From NCBI RefSeq assembly GCF_006345805.1, contig NW_021835962.1:1-64000 (forward strand): DNA of 64,000 nucleotides, read 5' to 3'. The DNA is from Octopus sinensis (lineage: Eukaryota). A program made the position numbers and the translations under genes. The notes below the pieces were generated by a model that saw only the letters and a list, made by a program, of their open reading frames with translations, did not search any database and had not been told where the DNA came from. Shown piece after piece: positions 37,000-49,076 of the stretch (its first letter is position 1; every line of letters begins with the position of its first letter).

Positions 37000-37790
37000 G
37001 TTACATTCACTTGGGCAGATCATATTATTAGGGATCGGGTGGTCACAGAAGTTGCAATCTAATGTGAGTATAAAAACACACCAAATGCTTCTTGCATAGT
37101 TAGTGTTGTCTCTTGATTTTGATCTAATTTTATTTCCACACTGTTGTCGGCTAATAAGATATTTGGTCCACTCATCACTGTAGTAATTCTTTTATGAGAA
37201 TAACAAAGTATACAGTGTGGGTTGGGATCCGTTTGTGAAAATGCACACTTTCTGGTCTTTATAAAAACTACACAGTCAGTAATATAAAATACTAAAGCCT
37301 GGCACGACGACTGATTTTTGGCGACTGAAAAATGGTATTTGACGGCATGTAACTTTAATGTTAGAATAAGATTTGTACAGATATGATAATGCGGCTAGAC
37401 GTGCAAAACTATCTACATTCACGTAACGAAGGTTATCACAGTCATACAAAACTCTAATAATTCGAAATATTTGAATATACATATAGGATAATTCATCCAA
37501 CCCATCAAATGAGTTGTTTAGTATTTTCTTCAACGAATCTCCAACACACTTACTAGTATTAATAAAATATTGATTACAATTTTTTCAAATTTTCTAGATG
37601 GGAGAATATTTCTCCATTAGGAAATGTAACGTTTCTCTTAATGTAAATAAATGATGAATCTCCCGCAGCATTTTCTCCATTGAAAATACAGTTGTATAAA
37701 TTAAGAAATCTTTTAAAATAAGCAATTCTTCAATAACCTTCCTTTCAAATCACAGTCTTTTTGGATCACTAAATGAATAAAAAGTAGGAC
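37000..37790 (-). pseudogene. Decayed LRR-containing gene copy B
   Basis: ILNNSFDGLDELSYMYI and VNVDSFARLAALSYL fit extracellular LRR patterns. Confidence 0.45.
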
Positions 37791-38589
37791 AAATGGAAGC
37801 ATTTTAATTAATGCTGATATTTTATTGTCAATAACTCAGTGGTTAGACATTGAATTGATATATTTATTAAACTTTTTTTTTATTAAACTGTTTTTTTAAT
37901 ATATATTACTTTGCACGTATATTTCGAGGCGTAATGAAAACAATATTTTTTAATCCTGGTTGTACAAATATTTCACCTCTCGAGCATTTTGGAGCAATAA
38001 CTGAACACTTCTATCAAATCAGTAGATAAATCACAATTATTTATAAATTGAACAGGAATTGGCTAACTTAATACTATTTATAAGATACCGCAAATAAGAA
38101 AATTTTTGAACTTATATAATGATAAGTCAATGACAAGCACATTATCTGTATAAATCCTCTCCCTAAATCAAAATCTTTTAGAAAAGTGAGAAAACTGTGA
38201 ATAAACATTTGAAAAAAACAACGAATGTGGACAAAATGGATATTAACTGCAATTGAGAGACTAATCCTGGGAAATGTTGAGAATTAACATGAAGTTTCTC
38301 TAATTTCTTTAATAAGAAAGTAAAAAGGAAAGAAATAAAAAAATTAAGAATTGAATTTTGATTCAATACAACCTACTACGTTTTTAAGTAAATTTATGGC
38401 ATTAAAAAATTATTTGCTCATTGTTTTTCAAAATTATTGATTTTATTTTTTCAAGCTGACCAAGAAATTATAAGAAAAAAAATATGGTCAATTTGCAAAG
38501 ATCGAATGTATTTTTTTGTTAAAAGTTATAAAAATATAAAAAAAAAACAAAATGTTGATTCCATTTTTTAGATTGCTTCAACATATATT

Positions 38590-38950
38590 TCTATCGTTTG
38601 ATCACATACTGGAGAAATGATCAAGTATGCACTAAGCAAATTGACAGCCACAATTACGAACATTTTCAATATGGTATTTGAGACACATTCACCTTTGAAA
38701 CTTGGGGATGGAATTTAATTCCTTTACATAAACCAGGACATTTCCAGTGCGTATGACACTGTCAATAGGAAATCGTTGTTGGACGTTATTGGGAGTTTTC
38801 TTGATGAAGATAGCACTAGGCTTGTCCGTTTCCTACTTTCTAATACCGAATTAACTGTACGGGTTACAAACGAGTTCTCAAATCCTTTCGGGACAACAAT
38901 TGGAACACTTCAGAGGGATTCTTATCTCCGGTTCTATTCATAGTGTACCT
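38590..38950 (+). mobile_element. RTE/RTEX-like RT fragment
   Basis: IPLHKPG, DISSAYDTVNR, GTLQRDS.LSPVLFIVYL. Confidence 0.7.
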
Positions 38951-39189
38951 TATTAAACTGTTTTTGTTAATATATTTAAATTTCAAATTAGTATCAGTTA
39001 ATTTCAATTTTTATATTTTTTAAATCTTTGAAAACTAAATTATTATATTTCTGGAGTGTATCAAAAGATGTTTTTTGCGTGAAATTTTCTAACTGCCGTT
39101 TTTTAAATTTATTGAACTTAGTAAATTTATCTGTTATATTCTAATAGTTTGTTTATTATATTTCTATTGAAGTTATTTAACTTTATTTT

Positions 39190-39700
39190 CAGGATCATCA
39201 AAAGGAATGTTTAGTTGAAAAAACGTGCATTTTCGACACCTTCTTCTCTTTTCACGATCTGGCCGCCCAACTGAAATTGATGAAGGACAGTTAAATTAAC
39301 TTTTGCCTGAAGATTCAGGCCAAACAACAAGAGAATTGGCAGAAAAGATGAACTGTCCTCACACGTGTATAGAGAATCGTCTTTACCAAATGGGAAGTAA
39401 AAAATCTTCTTTTATTGCATGACAATATCTGTCCTCATATCGTAAAAATAACCAAGAAAACTTTTCAAACACGGCTGAGAAGTGCTGCTGTACTCGCCCT
39501 ATCTGGCAACTGCAGATTTTCGCTTTTTTAGGTCACTTTCCAATACTAAGCGTGGGTTTTTGTTCAACAACAAAGCATAATTGAAAGCTTGGTTAGACAG
39601 ATTTTTTGAGTTAAAAACAAGATTTTTATTACAAAGTATTGAGAAACTTGTTGAACACTGGGGAAAAATTATTGACACGAATGGAGAATAAATCATTGAT
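39190..39700 (+). mobile_element. mariner transposase, deleted and decayed
   Basis: RSGRPTEID, TTRELAEKMN, YSPYLATADF (YSPDLAP motif) and SIEKLVEHWGKIIDTNGE. Confidence 0.85.
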
Positions 39701-40389
39701 TAAATAGTTTTTAGTTCTTATTTTTAATTTAATTTCAGTTAATTATTGCATCTTGTTCTAAATTGCGCATAAAGTCTATTAGGAATTTGTGTAATATACT
39801 TTAAAATATTTTATTATACACATATCTAAACGTTGAATCACAAATGTTGTGTTTTTCTGAAGAAAGAACAATTTAACATTTGATAATTCAATAACATTAT
39901 TCATTATTAACTGTATTTTTTATCTTGTGAAAGTCGTCGTCAATCTTTGAAAATCACATTTTGAAGATTTCTCTATTCATCCAAGAATTTTTGAAACTGC
40001 ATAAAATACTGAATTTTTACAATCCAAATATATGTTAAAATATAATAAAGCTAACTTTTCATACAACAAAGTGATTTGTATTTTCCAATAACATTCGGTC
40101 TTACGTTATTTCCTGTTGCATTACATAGATCTGAAATTCTCTCTTTACAAACAAATCCTCAATCTTCCGCAAGTTTGACAGTATTACCGGAAAAACCGGA
40201 TCTACAGAAAAACGTGGATAAGATCCTTGGAGTTTATTTACACGGTAAATTAACGGAAAAACGTGAATTAAAACTAAATTATATTTTTTTTATTATGTGC
40301 GAATGCTTTAAATATTTGAATAGTATAATAAATGAATTTCATGGCGACTTTTCGGACATTACTTGATGAATTAAATTTTGATATAATAT

Positions 40390-41190
40390 TGAGTGCAATG
40401 TTAAAAAAACGCCGCATTTTTCAAAATAATTAGGTTCTGATTGATAGACACAATTGGGAATTTAAAAGAAATTCAACGTCCTTCCAGCTAGAAATAAACT
40501 CGTCTGCTAAAAACTCGTAACTTCTAGTTTTTTGCTAAAAATATTCCCAGACTAAAAATTAACTTCCAAAGCTATAAAAATTAAATTATTTTGACACAAG
40601 AACATCTTTTTTCTCAGAAAATGAAAGAGATTTTGCGGAAAAATATGACATTCCAATATCTTTTGACTGGAGAGATAAAAATGTAGTTACAAATGTTAAA
40701 AATCAGCTTAATTGTAGATCATACTATATATTTGGCACAGTTTGTAAATAAATAATTATTCTCCAGATTGCCAGTCTAAAAGGTCAATATGCGATTAAGC
40801 ATGGCAAGTTGGTTAGTTTTAGTGAACAAAACGTGCTTGATTGCTGTGAGTATTGTGAGTGTAAAGGCGGACGGGGAAGATACGTTTTTAAATATATCAT
40901 TAATAATGGGGGAATCAGCACAACTGAGCAGTATCCTTATCTTGGAATGGTTTATAAAAAAAAGAATGCAGATATAAAAACAATCCAATTGTGATCACAG
41001 ATTATGTTGATGCTTACTATTCCGAATCAAAGACATTAAGAACTTTGCTGAAAATTGGTCCTATTGGGACTACAATTTATATTCCAAAATATTTTCATTT
41101 TTATTCAGGAGGTATAAGTGTGTAGCATTATGAGAAACTTTGATGATCATAAGTGTGAATACTCACATTTAGCGTGTCTCGTTGGATTGG
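40390..41190 (+). pseudogene. Papain-family (cathepsin L-like) cysteine protease pseudogene
   Basis: ERFNIN-like prodomain, IPISFDWRDKNVVTNVKNQ, FSEQNVLDC, YPY, FHFYSGGI. Catalytic Cys codon reads TAC (Tyr) at 40722. 23-nt intron at 40744-40766. Confidence 0.85.
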
Positions 41191-41936
41191 CCTACAATGC
41201 CCAATCAGCCTGACCAGGACAAGTGCATCAATTCGACAGGATTCAAAGAATAATTCAACTGATCCACGTGATGTTGACTAAAATACCCAATTCGGAGACC
41301 GTGATTCACCACCAGGGTCCCCGATGTTGAATGATCCACGTGATGTTGACTGCAACATTTTTATCTTGCTTTGCACTAATGATGCTCTTTTGGCATTATA
41401 ACGAAATCGATCAATAAATTCATAATAAATTTTGGCGCCATTTTTAAACTTGAGTGGTTTTCCGAAGTGCTTGTTGTGACTCAAATTCTTTTTGCTGGTT
41501 AACCAAATCTCTTTCCCGCGTTTTCGTGAATGTTTCATAATCAGCCTTGTAGTGAACCAGCTTCAAGTCCTTCATCAAATAAATGTCAGTGGCCACGTTG
41601 TTCAGGAACGTTCTGTCGTTCAGGAGGTAGGAGGAGGTGTTTTCCAGTTTGACTTGCTGTTCTAACAGATTTGACCTCTCCGTGTCAGCAGAGAGCACAC
41701 AGTCGATCACTCTGCTGTTGTCTCCAGAGACTTCCTGCTCAGCATGCAGCATTGAGACATGACCAGAAAATTGTAAATCTCGTCTATAAATATATTTAGT
41801 TATTTATATTGATTTAAATATAAATAAATTGTATTTAAAATATGTTCTTGTGTGACCACGTTTAATTAATACATTGCAATGGCCTTCATTCGAGTAGTCT
41901 TCCCCACACCATTCCTCCCAACCATATCTCCTTCCC
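41190..41936 (-). pseudogene. ABCF3: ABCF3/GCN20-like pseudogene with large internal deletions
   Basis: GRNGVGKTT, MLHAEQEV, DRTFLNNVATDI, FIDRFRYNAKRASLVQSKIKML, SQHHVDQL. The signature and Walker B motifs of ABC1 are missing. Confidence 0.85.
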
Positions 41937-41959
41937 TGCAGAAAAAGGAACTTTAGTAA

Positions 41960-42172
41960 AAGTACAAAATTCGTGGACGCTGAGGTTTAGACTGACGATA
42001 TCTCTGAATCCACGACAGAACGTTCAGACCCTGGGACATCGTCGTCTCAGGCCGATCTTGCGGGAAGGATTGAACCTTTCAGAAGGATCTCCCTCGTTTG
42101 GATCGGCGATCACGGGATTAACTATAATTAACTGGCTTGCCCGTATTGGTCTTTAAATAATAATAATAATAA
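41960..42172 (+). mobile_element. Probable LINE 3' end with (TAA)n tail
   Basis: GC-rich stretch ending ggtctttaaataataataataat, like the tails at 9980 and 33985. Confidence 0.4.
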
Positions 42173-42179
42173 TGTCAAA

Positions 42180-44845
42180 CACTTCGAAAACTGCGACACC
42201 CACTATATATACGCAAAAACCAAAATTAAAGTTGGAACAAGGCGTAAACACAACCGAATATATGACTCAACCAAAAAAGGAATGACATCTTGAAACTCGG
42301 GACACTTCTAAGTCAATCCCGGGACAACCACCATGCAACATTTAAAAGCAAAACTGGAGGATCTCCATCTTAAATCGAAAACGACGACTAAAAAAAGTTT
42401 AAAAATTTATTGGAACTGGTGACGCTCGTTATGGAGGACAGTCACCAAAACTTGAGGAGATGAGTGTTTTTACGCTTATCAACGCCCGGTCAATTCGGAA
42501 ACGGGCTACGGAGCTAACCTACTTGGTTAGATCGGTAAACATGGACATATTGGTTGTTAATGAAACGAAGCTTAAGGGAAAGCAGCATCACAAAATCCAT
42601 GGTTTTCAGTCAAACAAAATTTGTGCGAACTGATTACATTGAAACTACTAACATCCCTGGATGGATATCTGTAGGAGTACTCCAAAGCAATGAAGAAATA
42701 TCCAAATCTTATTGAAGAATTTTTCCAAAATAATGAAGGAGGAATTTTAATAGGAGACCTTAACGCAGAACACACATCGTACGGATGTGCTAATACAAAT
42801 CGGACGGTCATATACTCCTCTGATTATCGGAGAACTGCGGCTTTAGTGTTTTGACCTCACGAGAACCAAACCATTTCTCTTGTTATGGAGAGGATTGTAT
42901 TGGAGTTTTCCTTGTATCGGCTGATCTTGTTCATCAATGCAGCATACCAAGAATTGAGATAAACATACAAATTGAAAAACTTGATAAAATTCTCAGAGAA
43001 GCTATACTGGACTTTCTCCGATAATCTTCAATCAGAAAATACATCATGTCAAATACTAACAGAAAAACCCGGATAGACGAATCTTTGGGAAAACTTATAA
43101 AATGGAAGGGAAACCTTGAAAAGAAGCTAAGACGATGCAGTGACCCCATAGATCGTATTCGGGATAAGATTCGTACCGTGAAAATAGAGATAAATGATGT
43201 CGCAAAAAACATTCAGACCTTGCTTGGAAGAGTCAATGCTCGAAACTGAATAAGAAAAACCCTCATTTTGGAAGGTTTTCAACATACTAAGTAATATGGA
43301 GAACAAAGGTGAAGAGATCCGACTAAAAACAACTGAAGGAATAGCTATCCCGCTCAAAAAAGTTCCCTCACATTTGCAAAGTCAACTGGCAAAAGTTCAA
43401 GAGGTGGATCTGATCGACATGGTTCCGAAAGAATTTATATGTGAGGCACAGAGAAGTCTGCGAGCTAACTTGAGTTATACGGGACCACTGTGCAGAGACA
43501 TAACGTTGGAACAAACGTATGTTGCTATTATGAGCTGCAAGAACAATGCACCCGGCCATGACTACATTCCAATTACTGTATTCAAACATGCTCCAATTAT
43601 TCTCCTACGATGCTTGACCGCACTATACAATGCAAGTTGTAGACTTGGATACGTACCGGACTCTTGGAAAAAGTCAATCGTACGTATGATTCCAAAGCCT
43701 GGAAAAATGAAGGACCATGCAGAGAACTATCGGTCAATAAGCCTAATATGCTCAGTCTCTAAAATTATGGAACAGATTGTCTTCACAAGACTTTCGATCT
43801 TTGTAGAGGAATCAGGTGCACTTGCAGTGGAGCAGTGGGGATTCCGATGAAAAGATCCTGTGGAGATTGTTTCGGAGAACTCCATCTCGCTTAGTCTTGC
43901 TAACAATACAGCGACTATTGCTATCTGCCTCGATGTCTCAAAAGCTTTTGACAGCGTATGGCACCTGGGCCTCTTGAAAAGTGTCGCCAAAATCAAACCC
44001 GGGTCTAGAACGGTCAATTGGCTGAAGAGCTATTTATCAATGAAGAGGTCATACATATACGATGCGGAAACCGTTTGTCGGAATCTGTCGATCTCAAAAG
44101 AGGGGTACCTCAAGGCTCGGTCTTGAGCCCTCTGCTTTTTAATATTTACGTTGCTGATATTCCAAAACCGAAAGATCCTACCAGTCGTCTCATGATCTAC
44201 GCGGACGACATACTAATAACGGATCCTTCGTGGAAAAAAGACATCTTGTCGAGGAAATTAAAAGGATACGTGACAAGAGTGGAAGAGTGGTGCATATCAA
44301 TAGGACTGACACTCGCAAAAGAAAAGTGCACCGGCATTTGGATTGCAAAACAGGGAGCTAAACGAAAACCATCGAGAAACCTCTATGGGTTTACAGTAAC
44401 GGAGAACCTGAAATGCCTTGGGGTTGAAGTTGGTCCAAAGGGTTCTTACTTCAGATACATCGACTCAAGGAGAAGGAAATGCGCTCAAATTCTCAGGAGC
44501 ATAATTCACTTCTACTTTTGTCCGGAAACGTTTTTATATGTTTATAAAACGTGCGTCAAACTATTGCTTACCTACGGGTTAGAGAAATGGCATTATCGCT
44601 AAGCTCGAAAAGACGAGACGATATGCCATCAAATTGGTAAATGAACTCCAGCTGGACCAACTTATTCCTCAAGAGATGGAAAACGTGACAATAACAGTTG
44701 GAAGTGTTTTTGAGAAAGCCTTTTCCTCTCGAATCTCTAATTAAAAAAAAGAGGGAAACAACGGAGAAGAGGCATACGTTGTCTCATTAACTTTCTCTCT
44801 CTTTTTTCGGCTTTTCCGTTTTAATAAAAAAATTCATTCATTCAA
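42180..44845 (+). mobile_element. APE-type LINE (Jockey/I-like), most of ORF2 present with stops and frameshifts
   Basis: INARSI..DILVVNETKL, ILIGDLNAEH, APGHDYI, IPKPGK..NYRSISL, LDVSKAFDSVWH, GVPQGSVLSPLLFNIY, YADD. (ATTC)n tail. Confidence 0.9.
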
Positions 44846-44876
44846 TGTTTTCTTGAGATACGTCGTTGTACTAGAC

Positions 44877-45532
44877 CAGGGGTTCTCAACCTTTTTAGCT
44901 CATGGGCCAAATCGATAATTAAGAATATCTTTGCGGGCCGCACAAAAAATATTTTATGTTATTAATGAAAAGAAGGCTTTAGTAAGTAATAAAAATCAAT
45001 GCGAGACTTGATTCTGTTTGGCGTCTATTATTTTGTCGAAACAGAGAGTAAAAGTCGAACACGATGTTCGTAAAAGTTGATTTAGGTGTCCATCAGTCAA
45101 TCGATTTCGATACTTTGTTTTTATTTGCGTTAGTTTGCTGAAAAAAGCTTCACATGTATACGTTGATTCGAAGACTGATGCATTTTTTTGAGCATTATCG
45201 TCCAAGTTCGGATATTTCAACTGCGGAATTCGACCCCAAAAATCCAATTGTTCACTTGACTTAAATCGCGCGGTAAGTTGTAAATCTGCCTGCATTTCAA
45301 TTAGTTCCAGTTGATATATGTATTTTTCCTCCCTTCAAAAACGAAAAATTTTTCCTCCCATTCGGGGTTAAATGCACGATTTTCATTAATAATTTTTCTA
45401 CTTCGTTTAACACGTTTATCAGACATCAAAACAATATTATTTAAATATTAATGTACAAAATATTTAATATAAAAACAAAAAATATTTAATATTTTTTTAT
45501 AATTTTAATCGGGCCGCGGTTGAGAACCGCTG
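44877..45532 (-). mobile_element. Non-autonomous Buster-type hAT, 656 bp, TIRs and 8-bp TSD
   Basis: CAGGGGTTCTCAACC and GGTTGAGAACCGCTG. TACTAGAC at 44869-44876 and 45533-45540. Dimerisation remnant STYTCEAFFS (44996-45295). Confidence 0.95.
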
Positions 45533-45599
45533 TACTAGACTTTCTATTAACAAAAAATTTTTATTCTTCGCTATATTTCTGACAACCCGTCAATGTCTG

Positions 45600-46530
45600 G
45601 TTCCCTAAAGAGCAATTTTATCCGATTCAACAATCATTTCAAAGTCTCTCAAAATGAAAAATCCATTACTGATTTCAACGACATGATCAATTTGAAAATT
45701 CAACAATATGGATTGGATAACGTCTATAATGCTGATGAAACCGGTGTTTTTAAAAGGCAATTTCTTCTAAAAGTGTATGTACAAAATCAAGGCCTGGAAT
45801 AAAGTTGTAGAAGGATCGATTTTCATTATTAATATGTGCAAAATGTTCCGGAAAAGATAAAAGAATGCCATTGATGATAGGAAGATTTAAAAATCCTAGA
45901 TTCTTCAAAAATTTTAACTTTGGAAATTATGTTACGTACACATATTCGAACAAAGCATAGATGAACACTGAAATTTTATAATAAATGACTGACTGATTTT
46001 AAATTTGAGCTGGCTAAGAAAAAAAGAAAAATTTTACTTGTGACTGACCAATCTCATCAAATCATAGTCACTTTGAAGTTTATAGAAATTCTTTTTTTCC
46101 TCAAAGAACATTTTCATTGTTGCAACCAATGGATCAGGGAATAATAAAATGTTTTAAAGCTGAGTTAACAGATTTGAAAATAAACAAAATAATAGAAAAG
46201 ATTGAGGCAGGAGAAAAACTTCAGAATGCAATTAATACAATCACCCTTAAATCTGCTGCGCAATTTACTTTCTTTGCTTGAAATAACTTAACTCCCACAA
46301 CCATTAGAAATTGCTTTCGGCATGCACAGTTGATGAAGAAATAGATAACATTAACAAAGATTATGAGAATAATTATGAAGAATTAATTAAAAAATGTGAA
46401 ATCAATGATGCAATTTCTTATGATAGATTTCTTGAATATGGCTATATTGAAAATGAAGAACTAATTGAATTTTTGAAAGGGCAATCTCGAGTAGATAAAA
46501 AACCTCAACCAGTACTTGATTTTATTTAAT
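45600..46530 (+). mobile_element. pogo/Tigger transposase remnant
   Basis: VYNADETGVF, MIGRFKNPRFF, KRKILLVTD, LQPMDQGIIK. Confidence 0.85.
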
Positions 46531-47299
46531 GACTAAAATTAGGAAACAAGTGATGAGGAGGATTATGTTAAAAAAAAGTTGAGCTATTGGAAGCATTTAG
46601 AGCACTAGAGACCATTAAAACTTACATTTCTTAAATCAAAAATTCAAATATTGATCAATACGAAAATATTATTTATCTGCTCATTACACACAAATGAGGA
46701 CGACCACCGCCAACAAAACACCCACAGTACATTATGCATTGTGAGTAATTGAGATGAGTTGGGGTAATATACCACAGCACCCGCTAAACCAGCACGTATT
46801 ACATTGATTATCTGAAATAGTATATTGGAGTGACCTTGTCCATGAATGTGCCGCCATATCGTTTGATTATTGCAATATCTTATTACTTTTGTTGATTTTC
46901 AATAGAGAAAACACGCGGTCATTAAACTCCCAGTTTATGAACCCCACAACTGTGGATCGTTGTCCTTTCAATATAAGGCTGTTATTGGAAATGATTTAAA
47001 AGATTGTTCATGGCAATGTTGTCCTATTGCTATTAGTTTTTAGTGGTTTTAGATTTGTGGAATCAATGAAACGGTAACTTAAGTGAGGTCTGAAGTAGTG
47101 ATTGGCGTCTAGAATTCCATAAGCAGCAATATCAAGACGGAAATTAGTAATCGTAGGTTTACTAGAATATACGGAAATTTTAGCGAGATTTGTTGTTTTG
47201 ATGATTGACGTGATTGCAATCCTCTTAAAAAGGTTACTCTGCTGAGTGGCGAACAAAATCAAGAAAGCATTATTAGAAAAAATTATTTTCTATCATGAA

Positions 47300-47560
47300 T
47301 TGACAGAAGTATCAAATTAATGGACGGTGTGTACGAATTGCAGAACTCTTTTTCAACCTCTTGTTTTTAATTTTCTTAAAAGAGGTTTCAGTTACTTTCA
47401 AAATTTAATTTCATAATTTCTTCTCTATTCTTAAAAATCTGTGAAACTTGAGAATGAGAACAGTTGAATCTTGCAGATGGAGCTTCCTGTATTTTGCCAA
47501 TTGGACACAAACTTCCCTTAGCCCCTTGCAGTTGATGAATTAAGAGTGAAGATATGGGCA
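47300..47560 (-). mobile_element. Tigger N-terminal HTH fragment
   Basis: SHSQVSQIFKNREEIM matches SQVSGILKNREEIM at about 13540. Confidence 0.6.
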
Positions 47561-47639
47561 TGCAAATCTGAAATTGTCCAAGATAAATGCGACGCAATAC
47601 CTGAAGGAAGAAATGAATGTCTTTATGAGTCTCTCCAGA

Positions 47640-47890
47640 GCATCAAGTTTACAAGATAAAAAGCTGATAGATATATCATAATTTGACTATTAATTAATGG
47701 TTTCATTTGCGTGCTTCATTTGTGACCTTCACTACCTCAAGAAGAGTAATTGAGTAATTTCGATTGTCATGAACAAATATATCTGACTTGTTATTCGACA
47801 GCATTATCAGTCGGGAGGTTTGTATCGACTCGGATTACCACAAATCATTTATTATAAAGAAAACCAATTCATCGAATCTCTGTCCTCGTG
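47640..47890 (-). mobile_element. R4/Dong-like RLE fragment
   Basis: NKSDIFVHDNRNYSITLLEV resembles NKPDIFVYDKKKREIYLIEV. Confidence 0.6.
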
Positions 47891-48063
47891 CTCCGGGAAT
47901 ACGCAGTGCGGCGTAGTTGAGCTGATCGATAGGCTATTGAATACTCTTTTAGCCACCTACCTAGCTAGCATTTAATTTTTTCCTGAAAACTAGATATTAT
48001 TTCATTGTTTGCCAGGCTTACTTAGTCTTTAAATGTAAAAATAATTTTGATATAAATAAAATA

Positions 48064-48135
48064 TGCCTACGCCGGGAGTCGGACCCGGATCCCCTCGGCC
48101 ACAACGAGGAATTCTAACCGCTAAACTACGTAGGC
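48064..48135 (-). tRNA. tRNA-His (GTG)
   Basis: GCCTACG TA GTTT AGCGGTTA GAAT T CCTCG TTGTGGC CGAGG GGAT CCGGG TCCGACT CCCGG CGTAGGC A. Acceptor, anticodon and T stems pair perfectly; a T4 terminator follows 3 nt downstream. Confidence 0.9.
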
Positions 48136-49076
48136 CTTTTTTATATTTCGTTTGTCGCTATAATAAACTCTTTATTCGTTTTAATTTAATTTTCAATGAC
48201 ATGTTAAACCTTTTGTGGAAATCTTATTTTTTAAACATCAAGTGTGTTGATCTTTACCAGCGCATACAAAGCTCTTTAATAAAAGTTAAACATTGTAAGA
48301 CTTTATATTTTTTCAGTATATTGTTTAGAATCCACATAAGAATGAGTTATTGAGATTTATAAGACATTTAATGACATGTTGTAGTGACTTGTAGAAACAT
48401 CAGTTTCTTATAGAAAAAGTTAGTTAACTATATTCAGAAGTATTGTAATGCCCGTAAATAGTTATTAGTGTCTTTAAACTAATCGATCCGAGACCACTGA
48501 TTCTTTTAATTTTGTTAATTAAAAAATCAAAAAAGTTATGACTCTGGCAAAAACGTTAATATTTAGATGTACTTGAAAAGAATTTACTTCAGGATACATA
48601 ATTACGTTGCTGATTACTTAATTATGCTTTCTGACATGTTTCCGGAATTCAGAAAATTTTATCATAGTATAAAATCCCAGGAAACGAATGCTATTGAGGC
48701 TACCGTAATGTTCAAATACTTTTCAGACAATTAAATGCTTGAAACTCCTCAACTTATAGAGGATCAAATTTATACACGGAGTTGCAATCCTTCTTATCAA
48801 GACTATATTCTGACCGATTTTTCAAAACTCGTTGAAGGTCGATTTAACGAGAGCCAACTTTCGAGATTGTGGAGGTAGTTCTGCAGTTTTGTACTTGCCG
48901 TGTTTACCTCACGGCTCCGGGTAGCAATTACAATGTCGTCAGCGTATGATAATACGATTGAATCTTTGTCGTTTGGTAGCGGGAGATCCGATAAGAATAA
49001 GTTAAAAAGAGCTGGTGAAAGGGGTGAGCCTTGAGGGACTCCGTTTGGAAAATATCGTGACATCGATCTTGTATTG

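Noticed and set aside
48063-48353. 96-aa ORF MPTPGVGPGSPRPQRGILTAKL
   Set aside because: It is the antisense reading of the tRNA-His gene plus AT-rich flank.
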